From Flavobacteriales bacterium (GTDB lineage Bacteria > Bacteroidota > Bacteroidia > Flavobacteriales_F > PHOS-HE28), in NCBI GenBank assembly GCA_041745875.1, contig JBGTIB010000109.1, positions 1,976-65,975 of the forward strand: a DNA stretch of 64,000 nucleotides. The letters run 5' to 3'. A model generated the notes under the pieces. The model ran no database searches and had not been told where the DNA came from. It saw only the letters and a program-made list of their open reading frames with translations. The translations under genes and the position numbers were made by a program. This document shows, in pieces, positions 45,826 through 56,343 of this stretch; the stretch's first letter is position 1, and the number at the start of each line of letters is the position of its first letter.

Positions 45826-46956
45826 CTATAATAGGTCCGCGAACCACTGGAATACGGATGCGCGGATGGTGGGGATGGCGGCGATGGCCAGCAGCATGGA
45901 GACGCCCAGGCCGATCAAGGCATAGAGAAGGTCGCGCCCAATGACCCGCATGGCCTTGGTCTTGTGCTTCTTGCCCTTCTTCATGCGCGCCAGGTTGATG
46001 GCGATCTCGCGCCCCCCGATCGTGCCGAGGAAGACCCAGGTGGTGCTCATGGGCACGGTGCTGATGAACAATTTGTAGATGAGCAGCAGCACGTAGGTGA
46101 AGTCCACCAGGGTGGCGGCCCGCACGTCGCTGATGCGCACCTTCTCGCTCACGATCTGCTGGATCTTGTCGCCCCGCAGGTAGAACAGCAGGCCCAGGCC
46201 CAGGAAGATGGTGCCGGCGAAAATGGTGAACTGCAGCCCGGTCTGCTGCCGGGGCAGGAACACGGCGATGTTGGCACCGTCCTGCATGAGCCACACGGCC
46301 CACAGCGAGCCGCTTACGCCCCATTGCAGCACGGTCCACCCCGGGTGTGTGCCCCGCCCTTTGAAGAACTTGCGGATGGTGTTGTAGCTGAAATACCACA
46401 CGATGAAGGAGAGTACGAAGGCGAGCACGTAGCCTGACATGCTCTTTCCCACCATCGAACCGATGGCCGAAGTATCCGCGCTGAACACGCTGAGCAACAG
46501 GAAGGTGGTGCTCACCGGCATGCGCATGCGGGTGAGGATCAGCAGCACCAGGGGCGCTATGATCTGGAAGAAGCTGAAGTTCTGTGGGTGCGGGTAGGAG
46601 GTGCTGCCATCGGGTTTCAGCAGGCGCTGGTAGGTCACATCCCCATCAAAATACACCCAGCTGAAGGTGACCGTGGCCAGGAAGATGACCCCGGTGAAAA
46701 GCCACAACAACCACCATGGCTTCTCCTTGTTGCTTTCGATGAAAGTGCCCAAGGACTGAATGCTGTCGTTGGCCACAGCACTGTACGCGGCGAACAGGAA
46801 GCCCAGCCACATGGCCGCCTGCCCGTACCCTACAAGGACCTGGGCAAGCACTACGCCCACCAGAATGATGGTGACGAATACCCACTCCTTGACGAGGTAG
46901 TCGAGTATGTTGAGGTAAGGCCGGTCCCGCTCGGTCCGCTTCCACTTGGCTGTCAT
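45826..46956 (-). CDS. PiT/PHO4-superfamily-like inorganic phosphate transporter
   Basis: Multi-TM protein with a duplicated signature resembling the PiT GANDVAN and Pro-Ser-Thr motifs (SAVANDSIQSLGTF, MPVSTTFLLLSVF, VPMSTTWVFLGTIGG). ATG 46956 is preferred because the listed start is TTG. The family call is moderately confident. Confidence 0.6.
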   Translation of the reverse strand: MTAKWKRTERDRPYLNILDYLVKEWVFVTIILVGVVLAQVLVGYGQAAMWLGFLFAAYSAVANDSIQSLGTFIESNKEKPWWLLWLFTGVIFLATVTFSWVYFDGDVTYQRLLKPDGSTSYPHPQNFSFFQIIAPLVLLILTRMRMPVSTTFLLLSVFSADTSAIGSMVGKSMSGYVLAFVLSFIVWYFSYNTIRKFFKGRGTHPGWTVLQWGVSGSLWAVWLMQDGANIAVFLPRQQTGLQFTIFAGTIFLGLGLLFYLRGDKIQQIVSEKVRISDVRAATLVDFTYVLLLIYKLFISTVPMSTTWVFLGTIGGREIAINLARMKKGKKHKTKAMRVIGRDLLYALIGLGVSMLLAIAAIPTIRASVFQWFADLL

Positions 46957-47349
46957 GTGACCGAGGTTATATGCAAGCCTTTGGAACAAGGACCCGGCGC
47001 AATGCCATTTACCAGCGTCCTTCGAAGTGTGGGGCGACCGATCATGTACACTGCGGCGCCAAAGGTCCCCTGAAGTGGTTGCGCCAGCATCAAGGTCATG
47101 TTATGGCAATGCTAAGACAACCAAATATTTCGGGTTCGACAAGGCCGATCGATGAATGGGGTCGTTTCCCGCTGTGGTAACATGTGCTTACAGCTACTCA
47201 CCTGGAGCCCAGCTTCCGTCCAATGCGACGAAGTGTGCCGCGTGCCCCTTCTAGCTGTACGACCTCATCCTTGATCCTGGATGTGCGCTCCACCACGCGA
47301 CGGATACCACTGGCTCGGTGCCTTATCACGCTGACGCGATCGTGTGGGT

Positions 47350-50300
47350 ATGTTCTCGCCGGATCCGCGATCTTTCGCAGTGTTCCCGCAACGCGCATGC
47401 ACGTTCCTGTTGTTCGCCTGCCAGGCCACATTGGCGTGCGCTCAGTTCTTTACCAACCATGGGCCTGCCGATGGATTGAGCAATGAGCACGCCACCCGGC
47501 TGATGCAGGACTCCAGCGGCTACTTGTGGGTGGCCACCCTGGAAGGATTGAACCGGTCCGATGGCGCGCACTTCAACGCCTACCTCCACGACCCGACCGA
47601 TCCAAGGAGCATTCCACATGGACATGTGGAACGGATGCATCAAGGTACCGATGGTCGCCTCTGGCTCACGTCCGGCAACGGCGGTCTGGCGGTATATCTG
47701 CCGCACCTGGATCGTTTCATGACCTGGGAAATGCTCACCGGGGCACCGGACCCCGCCCATGGCATTGCCACGCGGGCCATTCATGCGCACACGCCCGATT
47801 CCATCTATGTGGGAGTGTTCGGACAGGGCCTGTGGCTGTACCGTCCGTCCCTTGCGCTGGCGGAGAGGATCGTCGATCCACAAGGCATGGGATCGTATAC
47901 CGCGGAAGAGGTGACATCGCACAAGCTCGGCAAGCATCTACTGATGGTACGCCTGGGCGATCGGGTGATGCAGTTGGATACGCGCGATCATCGCTACACT
48001 GAAATACTTCCGCCTGTGCCGGGAACCACCGGCAGGCCGGTATCGCTGGTGACCATATACCAAGCGGATGCGGATGTGCTCTGGATGGGGACCTGGGGTG
48101 CCGGATTGTGGCGATGCAATATGGATGATGGGACCTGCTCACGCTACCTGCCGGAGCCTCTGCCTCCATTGACCGGTGCGAAGAACATCATCACCTCGAT
48201 CTTGCAAGGCGGGGACGACCACTTGCTCGTTGGCACGGAACGGGGCTTGCTGCGCTTCGACACGCAGCGGGAAACATTCCAGGCCATCCCAGGTGATCCC
48301 CAGGACCCCAACGCCCTGCCGGAGGGTGCGGTGCTCGACCTGCTGAGGACCCGTGATGGCACCGTTTGGATCGCCCGTTCCACAGGACTATCCAGATGGG
48401 ATCCCGCCCAGGACCGATTCCGGATCCGCAGGTTGGTGAACACGACGGAGCGATCGGTACCACTGCCCAATATCAGTGGGGCGGTGGAATTGGATGGACG
48501 ACTGTTGCTGGGCACAGTCCATGGCGATGGTTTCCTTCTGGAACAGGCCGATGGCAACTTCCAGGCTTTCCCTTTTCCAGCGCTGGCCACGGAGGGCTAT
48601 GCCGCCGTGCAGGTATCGGCCTTGTCCCGGACCCGTTCCGGCGAGGTGGTGGCGATCACGGACAAGGGTGTCTTCACCGCGGAAGGGCCGGGTGTGGTGC
48701 TGAAGCCCATGCTGCCCAAGACCTTTGCGGCGCATGGTCCCTTGGGCAGGCTCGGGTTCGTGGAGGACCGGCACGGTCACTGGTGGATCGGGCAGCAGCG
48801 CAGCGGCGTGTATCACGTGGACCCGGTGAACGACCGCGCCGAGCACTTCGGGGAGGAGGGCCCGGAACACCGTCGCTTGTCATCCAGTGTATGGTGCCAG
48901 GGCATCGCCGAGGACGCTGCGGGCAACATCTGGGTGAGCGCCTACGAGACAGGGATCGACCGCATCAGGCCGGACCGTCAGCGCATCGACCCGTTCCGCT
49001 TCAGCGAACACCCCTGGCTGCGCACCGGCAGGGTCTGGGACATCGTGGTCGATCGCATGGACCGCCTCTGGTTGGGCACCAACGGCCAGGGCATCATCAT
49101 TACGCCGGCCTCGGATCCCGGCGGCGAGGGCACGCTGCAGTTGCTCGGTGGCAACAGCCCGGTCACCTCCCTGATCTCCACCCTGCACCTGGACGATGAC
49201 GGCATGGTCTGGGCCGGCGGGCCTTCAGGCCTGTTCCGCATCGATCCCGCCACCTTGGTGACACGTCGTTTCGACCGTTCCGAAGGTCTGCGCGGCACCG
49301 ACCTGCACCATGCCTACATCGCCCAACATCCGAGCGGGCGAATCACCATCAGTGCCCGTGCGGGTGAGCTGATCGTACTGGATGGCAAGACGATGGACGG
49401 AAGCCCCGGGAATTATGGCATTTCCGTTCAGGAGATACTGGTGAACGGCCTGTCGTTGCGGACCGACACCGCTGCGGACGCCATCCAACGCATCGAGTTG
49501 GCGCCCGGCGAGGACCATCTGGAAGTGGCCTTCGGGGCCATCGCACACAGCATGCGCGACAGGATCCGCATCAGGCACGAACTGGTGGGCCTGGAAGGTG
49601 CCGATCAGCTGGCCGGTGCCGATGGGCGCGCGGTCCATTCGCGCATTCCGCCGGGCAGCTACCGCTTCGAACTGCGCGATGCGACCGGGGGAGTTTCCGA
49701 CGGCCCTTTGCTGCATGCGATCGTGGTGGTCGTGCGCCCACACTTCCAACAGACCATCTGGTTCCGCGTGGGCCTGGTGCTGCTCGCGTTGTTGCTCGTC
49801 ACGGGCCTATTGTATTGGCGCTTCGCAACTCAGCGCGAACGATACCGCCTGCAGGCCGAGCACAAACGGCGGCTGGGCGAAATGGAGATGCAGGCCCTGC
49901 GCGCCCAGATGAACCCGCACTTCCTCTTCAACAGCCTCAACTCCATCAACCGCTTCATCATCCGCAACGATGCGCGCACGGCATCGGAGTACCTCACCAA
50001 GTTCTCCCGGCTCATGCGCGGCGTACTCCACAATTCCAAGGAACGCCTGGTGCCGCTCAAGGATGAACTGGATGCCCTGCGGCTCTACGTGGAGTTGGAA
50101 GCCCTGCGCTTCTCCGACGGGTTCCGGTATGAAGCGGTGATCCAACTGGACGAGGATCCGGCCACCATCATGGTGCCACCCATGTTGCTCCAGCCTTATG
50201 TGGAGAACGCCATCTGGCATGGCCTCATGCACAAGAAGACCGGCGACCGGCTGTTGGTGATGCGGGCGAAGAAGGACAATGGTACCTTGGAGTTCGAAGT

Positions 50301-50520
50301 GGAGGACAACGGCATCGGCCGCGCCGAAGCGATGAAACTGGGCAGCCGCAGCGCAACGAAGAAGGGTTCCATGGGCATGCGGATCACACACGAACGGCTC
50401 GACCTGGTGCGCACGATGTACGACCTGGACACATCGGTGCAGGTGATCGACCTGTACGACCTGCAACAACGCCCCGCGGGGACCAAGGTGGTGATCCGCA
50501 TATCGGAACGAAAGCCATGA
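47350..50520 (+). CDS. sensor histidine kinase with periplasmic two-component-regulator propeller repeats, a Y_Y_Y-like domain, a TM segment and a LytS/YehU-type kinase core
   Basis: Reg_prop-like repeats (GLSNEHATRLMQDSSGYLWVATLEGLNRSDG and others), TM segment WFRVGLVLLALLLVTGLLYW, His_kinase motif QMNPHFLFNSLNSINRFI, and an HATPase region VENAIWHGL...DNGIGR. Confidence 0.85.
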   Translation: MFSPDPRSFAVFPQRACTFLLFACQATLACAQFFTNHGPADGLSNEHATRLMQDSSGYLWVATLEGLNRSDGAHFNAYLHDPTDPRSIPHGHVERMHQGTDGRLWLTSGNGGLAVYLPHLDRFMTWEMLTGAPDPAHGIATRAIHAHTPDSIYVGVFGQGLWLYRPSLALAERIVDPQGMGSYTAEEVTSHKLGKHLLMVRLGDRVMQLDTRDHRYTEILPPVPGTTGRPVSLVTIYQADADVLWMGTWGAGLWRCNMDDGTCSRYLPEPLPPLTGAKNIITSILQGGDDHLLVGTERGLLRFDTQRETFQAIPGDPQDPNALPEGAVLDLLRTRDGTVWIARSTGLSRWDPAQDRFRIRRLVNTTERSVPLPNISGAVELDGRLLLGTVHGDGFLLEQADGNFQAFPFPALATEGYAAVQVSALSRTRSGEVVAITDKGVFTAEGPGVVLKPMLPKTFAAHGPLGRLGFVEDRHGHWWIGQQRSGVYHVDPVNDRAEHFGEEGPEHRRLSSSVWCQGIAEDAAGNIWVSAYETGIDRIRPDRQRIDPFRFSEHPWLRTGRVWDIVVDRMDRLWLGTNGQGIIITPASDPGGEGTLQLLGGNSPVTSLISTLHLDDDGMVWAGGPSGLFRIDPATLVTRRFDRSEGLRGTDLHHAYIAQHPSGRITISARAGELIVLDGKTMDGSPGNYGISVQEILVNGLSLRTDTAADAIQRIELAPGEDHLEVAFGAIAHSMRDRIRIRHELVGLEGADQLAGADGRAVHSRIPPGSYRFELRDATGGVSDGPLLHAIVVVVRPHFQQTIWFRVGLVLLALLLVTGLLYWRFATQRERYRLQAEHKRRLGEMEMQALRAQMNPHFLFNSLNSINRFIIRNDARTASEYLTKFSRLMRGVLHNSKERLVPLKDELDALRLYVELEALRFSDGFRYEAVIQLDEDPATIMVPPMLLQPYVENAIWHGLMHKKTGDRLLVMRAKKDNGTLEFEVEDNGIGRAEAMKLGSRSATKKGSMGMRITHERLDLVRTMYDLDTSVQVIDLYDLQQRPAGTKVVIRISERKP

Positions 50521-51275
50521 ACGAGGATCGACTGAGCGCCGTGCTGGTGGACGACGAGGAGCATTGCACCGAGACGCTGCAATGGATGCTGGGGGAGTAT
50601 TGCCCGAAAGTGGAAGTGCGGGCGGTGTATAACGATCCGGTGGAAGCCCTGCGCTTCCTGAGCTCCCAACAGGTGGACATCATTTTTTTGGACATCGAGA
50701 TGCCGGTGATGAACGCCTTCGGATTGTTGCGTGCCCTGGGTACCGATCGGGGTGCGGTGATCTTCACCACGGCCTATGACGAGTTCGCCATACAGGCCAT
50801 CAAGCACGATGCCTTGGACTATCTAATGAAGCCGGTGGAAAAGGATGAGTTGATGGCGGCGGTGGCGCGCGCGGGGGATCTGGGCAGGCGCCTTGAGATG
50901 ATGCAGCGTATGGACGGCCTGTTGGAGCGCATGACGCGCGGTGTTGCGAACGAACGCATCGCGATACCCACACGCGATGGGCTGGAGATGGTCGCATTGG
51001 ACCGTGTGGTGCATGCCAAGGCGAGCGATAATTACACCGAGCTGCACCTTACGGACGGCTCGCGCCTGGTGATCTCGCGCACGCTGAAGGATGTGGAGCG
51101 CGACCTGCCTGCCGGGCGCTTCCTGCGCATCCATCTTTCGCATGTGGTTGCCCTGCAACAGGTGGTGCGCTATGTACGGGGCATCGGTGGCTACGTGGTG
51201 CTGGCCAATGGCGAGCAACTTCCAGTGTCGCGCTCGCGCAAGGAGGAGCTCCTGGCGCACCTCGGAGGGCGGTGA
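50517..51275 (+). CDS. LytR/AlgR family response regulator (REC plus LytTR DNA-binding domain)
   Basis: REC domain (VLVDDEEH...IIFLDIEMPVMNAF). LytTR domain (IAIPTRDGLEMVALDRVVHAKASDNYTELHLTDGSRLVISRTLKDVE...FLRIHLSHVV). ATGA overlap with the kinase stop. Confidence 0.9.
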   Translation: MNEDRLSAVLVDDEEHCTETLQWMLGEYCPKVEVRAVYNDPVEALRFLSSQQVDIIFLDIEMPVMNAFGLLRALGTDRGAVIFTTAYDEFAIQAIKHDALDYLMKPVEKDELMAAVARAGDLGRRLEMMQRMDGLLERMTRGVANERIAIPTRDGLEMVALDRVVHAKASDNYTELHLTDGSRLVISRTLKDVERDLPAGRFLRIHLSHVVALQQVVRYVRGIGGYVVLANGEQLPVSRSRKEELLAHLGGR

Positions 51276-51364
51276 TGCCAGCGCCTCGATCGGGCGGTAC
51301 AGCGGCTCGATCGCATGGCGTACCAAATGGAAGCGGTCAGAGCTTTCAGGAAAATACAGCCGTC

Positions 51365-53695
51365 ATGTTCCGAACGACCCTACCCATCAATGTAGCATGC
51401 TCCGTACTGTGGGTGCTTACAGCAGGCCCACATGCAACCCTTTCAGCCCAACCTTGCCTTACCATCGAATGGGATGTGACTTTAGGGGGCAGCGACAACG
51501 ACGTTGTGAGCGGCGCAGCCTTGATGCCCGATGGCCGATACATCCTTGCCGGTGCGACCAACTCCCCGGCGAGCGGCGAAGTGTCCGAGGCATCCTATGG
51601 CCCTGGCTTCTATGATGCTTGGGCGGTGTGCCTCAACCCCGATGGGTCCATCAGCTGGGAACGGCGGTACGGGGGGCTGAACGGCGACTATTTCTCGGAT
51701 GTTGCGGTAACCCTGGACGGCGGACTGATCTTCGTCGGTGCGACGGCCAGTCCGCAATCCGGACTGGTGGGACAACCCTCCTATTCGATCACCGGGCCCG
51801 ATTTCTGGGTGGTACGCACGGATGCCGAAGGCAACCTGCTTTGGGAGCGGCGTTATGGTGGCGTCGATTCAGACGATGCCGAAGCGGTGATCGCCCGATC
51901 GGACGGGACATTCCTGATCGCAGGTACTTCAAGATCCCCTGTCAGCGGGGTCAAGACCTCCCCCTCGCGCGGTGAGTTCGACTACTGGGTGATCGCCATT
52001 GATGGGACCGGCAACCTGCTGTGGGACCAGGCACTGGGAGGGAACGAATGGGACCTGTTCGAAGGAATGGCACCTCGTCCCGGTGGAGGTGCGGTCCTGG
52101 TGGGCTCCTCGTACTCCGATGCCGGTCTGGACATCACCGAAGCCCGGCGCGGTGTGCAGGATATCTGGTCGGTGGCCATCGATGCTTCGGGCACGAAGGT
52201 GTGGGACCGCCGTTACGGAGGCGATTGGCAGGACAGACCATCAGCCGTGGCCAACATCGGCAACGAGTACTTCGTCGGCGGTTCAACGAACAGCGCGGCC
52301 AGTCTTGATCTGTTCTGGCCTTCGCTCGGTGGCAACGATGCAATTGGGCTGTGGATCGATGGTGCCACAGGCAGCAATGCGTTCGAAACGCGTGCGGGAG
52401 GCAATGCCACCGACCTCTGCTCCAGTGTCGCCGTGATCGACCCTGCGAACATCTCGTCCAACGTAGTGATGGCAGGGCAGACAAACTCTCCGGTCAGTGG
52501 CACGATCACAGGGATCCCAAGAGGAGATCAAGACTACTGGATGACCATCCAATCGGTGAACAATGCGGTGATGGGGCAGTTCCGCTGTGGGACCAACGGC
52601 TGGGAAGAGGTGCGCAAGGTGCTGGTCACCCCCGATGGGGGCTACCTGCTCTGCGGTATCAGCGGCGCCGATGCCGGATGGGACAAGACCCACGATAGCC
52701 GCGGAGGGCCCTACGACCTGTGGATCGTGAAAGTGATGCCCAGCTTCGAGGTCTGGTGGTACGCCGATGCGGATGGGGATGGCTTCGGATCCCCCTCGGT
52801 CACCGTCTTGGCATGCGAGCCTCCAGTGGGATATGTCCGCAACGACCGGGACTGCGACGATACGGACCCTACCCGCTACACCGGGGCGCCTTGTGTGGAT
52901 GCACTGGGTGATCCCGGTGTGCTGGACGCTACTTGCGCTTGTTCCGTAGAACCATCCACCGTCACCATACCCGTGGTGATGGGTCTGGAAGGCCCCATGG
53001 ATGAATTCACCGGCCTGATGGACGATGATCTCCGCGTCCTGGGCCTCCTGCCGATGGTGGAGCCGTTTACCACGCTCGGGTTCCAGGTGTCGGAGAACGC
53101 CTACTTCCAGGCCGATCCAAATGCTTTCCTGATCACCGGCACCAAGGCCATCGTGGATTGGGTGCTCATTGAACTGCGTGATGTGAACGACCCGGGTTCC
53201 GTGTTGGCATCACGTGCAGGACTGTTACAACGCGATGGCACGGTGGTGATGACCGATGGCGTGTCAGCCTTCACCATGAATGCACCACCGAACGACTACT
53301 ACGTGGCGGTGCGCCATCGCAACCACCTGGGTGTGATGACCAGCTTCCCGATCCCGATCAACACGCAGTCGCAGATGCTGGATCTCCGAGATCCGCAGTT
53401 CCCCATGTATGGATCGGATGCGCGTGCCCTGAAAGGCAACCTGGCATGTCTGTGGGCAGGCGATGTGAACAGCGACGGTGTGATCGGCTATGCAGGACTG
53501 AACAATGACCGGGATGAGATCTTGTTGGAGATCGGGGGCTTGGTGCCCACCAACACCGTAAGCGGTTATTTGCCCACGGACGTGAATTTGGATGGTGTCG
53601 TACGTTACGCCGGCAATGGGAATGACCGTGACATCATTCTCCAGAACATCGGAGGTGTGGTGCCCACGGCCACGCGCAACGCTCAGTTGCCTTGA
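51365..53695 (+). CDS. large secreted multi-domain protein: SBBP-like beta-propeller repeats, a DCDD metal-binding-type motif and C-terminal dockerin-like repeats
   Basis: ATG 51365 gives signal peptide MFRTTLPINVACSVLWVLTAGPHATLSAQ. About 7 repeats follow of W.RRYGG...D....V....DG.....G.T.SP.SG. Then WYADADGDGFGSP...GYVRNDRDCDDTDP, and a terminal pair of DVN.DG....YAG..NDRD.IL..IGG..PT repeats. No T9SS sorting domain is recognisable. Confidence 0.75.
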   Translation: MFRTTLPINVACSVLWVLTAGPHATLSAQPCLTIEWDVTLGGSDNDVVSGAALMPDGRYILAGATNSPASGEVSEASYGPGFYDAWAVCLNPDGSISWERRYGGLNGDYFSDVAVTLDGGLIFVGATASPQSGLVGQPSYSITGPDFWVVRTDAEGNLLWERRYGGVDSDDAEAVIARSDGTFLIAGTSRSPVSGVKTSPSRGEFDYWVIAIDGTGNLLWDQALGGNEWDLFEGMAPRPGGGAVLVGSSYSDAGLDITEARRGVQDIWSVAIDASGTKVWDRRYGGDWQDRPSAVANIGNEYFVGGSTNSAASLDLFWPSLGGNDAIGLWIDGATGSNAFETRAGGNATDLCSSVAVIDPANISSNVVMAGQTNSPVSGTITGIPRGDQDYWMTIQSVNNAVMGQFRCGTNGWEEVRKVLVTPDGGYLLCGISGADAGWDKTHDSRGGPYDLWIVKVMPSFEVWWYADADGDGFGSPSVTVLACEPPVGYVRNDRDCDDTDPTRYTGAPCVDALGDPGVLDATCACSVEPSTVTIPVVMGLEGPMDEFTGLMDDDLRVLGLLPMVEPFTTLGFQVSENAYFQADPNAFLITGTKAIVDWVLIELRDVNDPGSVLASRAGLLQRDGTVVMTDGVSAFTMNAPPNDYYVAVRHRNHLGVMTSFPIPINTQSQMLDLRDPQFPMYGSDARALKGNLACLWAGDVNSDGVIGYAGLNNDRDEILLEIGGLVPTNTVSGYLPTDVNLDGVVRYAGNGNDRDIILQNIGGVVPTATRNAQLP

Positions 53696-53710
53696 GGACC
53701 GGGCCAGGGA

Positions 53711-55222
53711 TCACTGCCGTTCGAACTTCAGCTTGTAAAAGTGGAAATCCGGGCTGTGCAGATCGATGGTGAAGTGGGTCACTTTGTGGTCAGCATCGAA
53801 GTGGAAGGTGACGTAGCCCGGTTCCAGGAAGGGGTCCGCGTGGAGCCATTGCCAGGTATCGTAGTGCCAGTGGGAGAGGGTTCCGGTCAGGATCTCCCTG
53901 GCAGGTTGCAGGGTAAGCAAGGCCGCACCATCGCGCATGCTGATGTTGGCATCACCGTAGATCTTGTCCGCGTAATGCCCGGCGATGTCCCCCTTGCCCG
54001 TGGTGGGTGAGGTGCGTGCCACCCGCGCTTCGTTGCGCGCCGTGCGGCGCGTGGCATCCTTGGCTTTGCCAGCCTGTTGGGCGGCCAGCATTTGTGGCGT
54101 TGGGTCTGCGCTACCATCGCCCAGGTAGGCATCCAGGATCTTGTTCGTGACAGCGAACACGGCATAGCTCTCGCCATTGCCCAGGGCGATCACCGCCAGG
54201 TCCTTGTCGGGCACCACGGCGTGGTTGAGGATGAAGCCGGGCATGCCTCCACTGTGGTTGATCACCTTCTGACCATGCTGCTGCTCCACGAACCAGCCCA
54301 GGGCAGCACCGTCCCTGCGCCCGCCCATGGCCAGGTGCGTGGCCGTGATGGTGCGGAAGCTGGCCGGGCTCAGAAAAGGCTTGCCATCCCACTTGCCCTC
54401 ATCGGCCCACATGGCATCCCACTTCGCAAGGTCCGTTACGCAACTGTTGATGCCGGTGGCCCCATCGGCACCCTGCAATGCTTGGTAGGACATGCTTTTT
54501 TGTGGTGCGCTGGGATCCTGTCCCTTGCGCACATGGGGCATGGCCACATCGGTGAACCTGGCAAGGTCGGCGGTCTCCACGGTGGTGCGCGTCATGCCCA
54601 GAGGTTGTAGGATACGCTCGCTCACGAAGTCATCCCAGGTCTTGCCGCTGACGCGTTCGATCAGCTGCGCAGCCGCGATGTACATCAGGTTGCTGTAACC
54701 GAAGTCGGTGCGGAAACCGTGGGTGAAAGGCTCGGCGCTGTGGCGGCGCAGGATCTCTTCCTGGCTGAGGTCGGTGCCATACCAGAGCAGATCACCATCG
54801 AAAGTGATCCAACCGCTGCGGTGGCTGAGCAGATCGGTGACGGTCATGTTGGAAGTGACAAATGGGTTCGGTGTACTGAACTCCGGCATGTGTTTGCGCA
54901 CGGGGTCGTTCCAACCCAGTTTGCCTTCATCCACCAACAGACCGATGGCCGCCGCCGTGAACGCCTTGCTCAAGCTGGCGGTAAAAAAGATGCTGTTGGG
55001 TGTGACGGGCTCCGGCTTGTCCAGGTCGAGCTTGCCATATCCCTTGCTCCACACCAGTTCACCATCCCTCACCACCCCCACGGCCAGGCCGGGTTGGTCG
55101 AACTGCTTCACCGCATCGGCGATATAGGCATCGAGCTTTTCGAGATCCGGTTGCTGTTGCGCCAGGATGAAGCATGTCGGCAACAGAAAGATCGACAGTA
55201 AGGAAGCGCGTTGGTGGACCAT
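53711..55222 (-). CDS. serine hydrolase (beta-lactamase family) with a C-terminal lipocalin-like (DUF3471-type) extension
   Basis: ATG 55222 (MVHQRASLLSIFLLPTCFILAQ), SxxK motif TASLSKAFTAAAIG, and YSNLMY as the YxN motif. The C-terminal ~110 aa is the typical add-on seen in this family. Confidence 0.85.
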   Translation of the reverse strand: MVHQRASLLSIFLLPTCFILAQQQPDLEKLDAYIADAVKQFDQPGLAVGVVRDGELVWSKGYGKLDLDKPEPVTPNSIFFTASLSKAFTAAAIGLLVDEGKLGWNDPVRKHMPEFSTPNPFVTSNMTVTDLLSHRSGWITFDGDLLWYGTDLSQEEILRRHSAEPFTHGFRTDFGYSNLMYIAAAQLIERVSGKTWDDFVSERILQPLGMTRTTVETADLARFTDVAMPHVRKGQDPSAPQKSMSYQALQGADGATGINSCVTDLAKWDAMWADEGKWDGKPFLSPASFRTITATHLAMGGRRDGAALGWFVEQQHGQKVINHSGGMPGFILNHAVVPDKDLAVIALGNGESYAVFAVTNKILDAYLGDGSADPTPQMLAAQQAGKAKDATRRTARNEARVARTSPTTGKGDIAGHYADKIYGDANISMRDGAALLTLQPAREILTGTLSHWHYDTWQWLHADPFLEPGYVTFHFDADHKVTHFTIDLHSPDFHFYKLKFERQ

Positions 55223-55368
55223 GCACCGAAGATCGGATCTTTTCTTCGGACGGGGCCGGGAATTGTGCACTATTGGAACCTTCATCGCCTCAGGCCGTTC
55301 CAAGGCCTCGAATCGTTTGTTCAACATCCTCTCCCCGGCTACGCTCCGAAAGCGATGAAGAATGACAT

Positions 55369-56343
55369 TTGACCCGGATCCTTCTTGTTACAGCACTCCT
55401 CTCCCCGATATTCGTTCCCGCCGCTTCCCGCACATCCAATGGCACTGGCAATTGGACCACCACCTCCAATTGGTCTCCCAGTGGTGCACCTGCCTCCGGT
55501 GACACACTGGTGATCCAGAGCGGTCACACGGTCACTGTTAGTGGCAATCTCAGTTACACCGGCGCACCGATGCGCGTTGATGTGCATGGCACATGGCGCT
55601 TCAGTGGTGGCGGTGCCAAGATCTCTTTGCCCGAGAACAGTGTGATCTACATCCACGAAGGTGGTTCGGTGATATCCAACGCGCCAGGGGCCAGCGGTGT
55701 CAGTCAGCTTATCAGCATTGGAGGCTCGGTCTATTGGCAGGGTGGGCATAATTCCACGGTGACCGGCCCTGCGGGTTGGCCTTATGGCCCGCTACCGGTG
55801 GAGCTGCTGGCCTTCACAGTGACTGCAGCCCCGGATGTGGTGACCGCCCGCTGGACCACGGCCACGGAATGGAACGCATCACACTTCGAAGTGCAACGCT
55901 CCCATGATCTATTGGACTGGTCGGTTGCCGGTACGCTGAACGCTTCGGGGCACAGCATGCAGGTGCAGCATTATGAATTGGTGGAGCGATCGGTACCGGA
56001 AGGACCGTGGTACTACCGGTTGGTACAGGTGGATCTGGATGGTACGCGGAACCCATACCTGGTGGTGCCTGTGACCATAGCGCCGGTTGCCGCGCGCATG
56101 GACTGTACACCGGATCCCTTCGCACATGACCTCATACACATACGGCTGAACAGGGAAGGAAGCATGATGGAAGCACCGGTATTGATCGATGCTTCCACAG
56201 GGCGGATCGCCATGACGACGATCGAGGACGCTTCAACGGTCGGTATGATGGTGCGCATTCCGGACCTGGCACCAGGCGTTTACTTGCTGCGCGCGCCAAG
56301 CTTGGGGCGGGAGGGAAGTTGTCGCTTCGTGATCGGGGGCTGA
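55369..56343 (+). CDS. secreted hypothetical protein (possible T9SS cargo)
   Basis: TTG start with signal-like MTRILLVTALLSPIFVPAAS. Mid-protein motif LPVELLAFTVTAAPDVVTARWTTATEWNASHFEVQRSHDLLDW is common in Bacteroidota surface proteins. The C-terminal LAPGVYLLRAPSLGREGSCRFVIG is sorting-domain-like. Confidence 0.6.
   Translation: MTRILLVTALLSPIFVPAASRTSNGTGNWTTTSNWSPSGAPASGDTLVIQSGHTVTVSGNLSYTGAPMRVDVHGTWRFSGGGAKISLPENSVIYIHEGGSVISNAPGASGVSQLISIGGSVYWQGGHNSTVTGPAGWPYGPLPVELLAFTVTAAPDVVTARWTTATEWNASHFEVQRSHDLLDWSVAGTLNASGHSMQVQHYELVERSVPEGPWYYRLVQVDLDGTRNPYLVVPVTIAPVAARMDCTPDPFAHDLIHIRLNREGSMMEAPVLIDASTGRIAMTTIEDASTVGMMVRIPDLAPGVYLLRAPSLGREGSCRFVIGG

Noticed and set aside
47198-47431. Listed 77-aa minus-strand ORF (and + strand ORFs 46971..47180 and 47184..47486) in the 393-nt spacer upstream of the histidine kinase.
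   Set aside because: The sequences are basic and low-complexity with no motif. One overlaps the kinase start. None shows convincing coding character, so the spacer is left unannotated.
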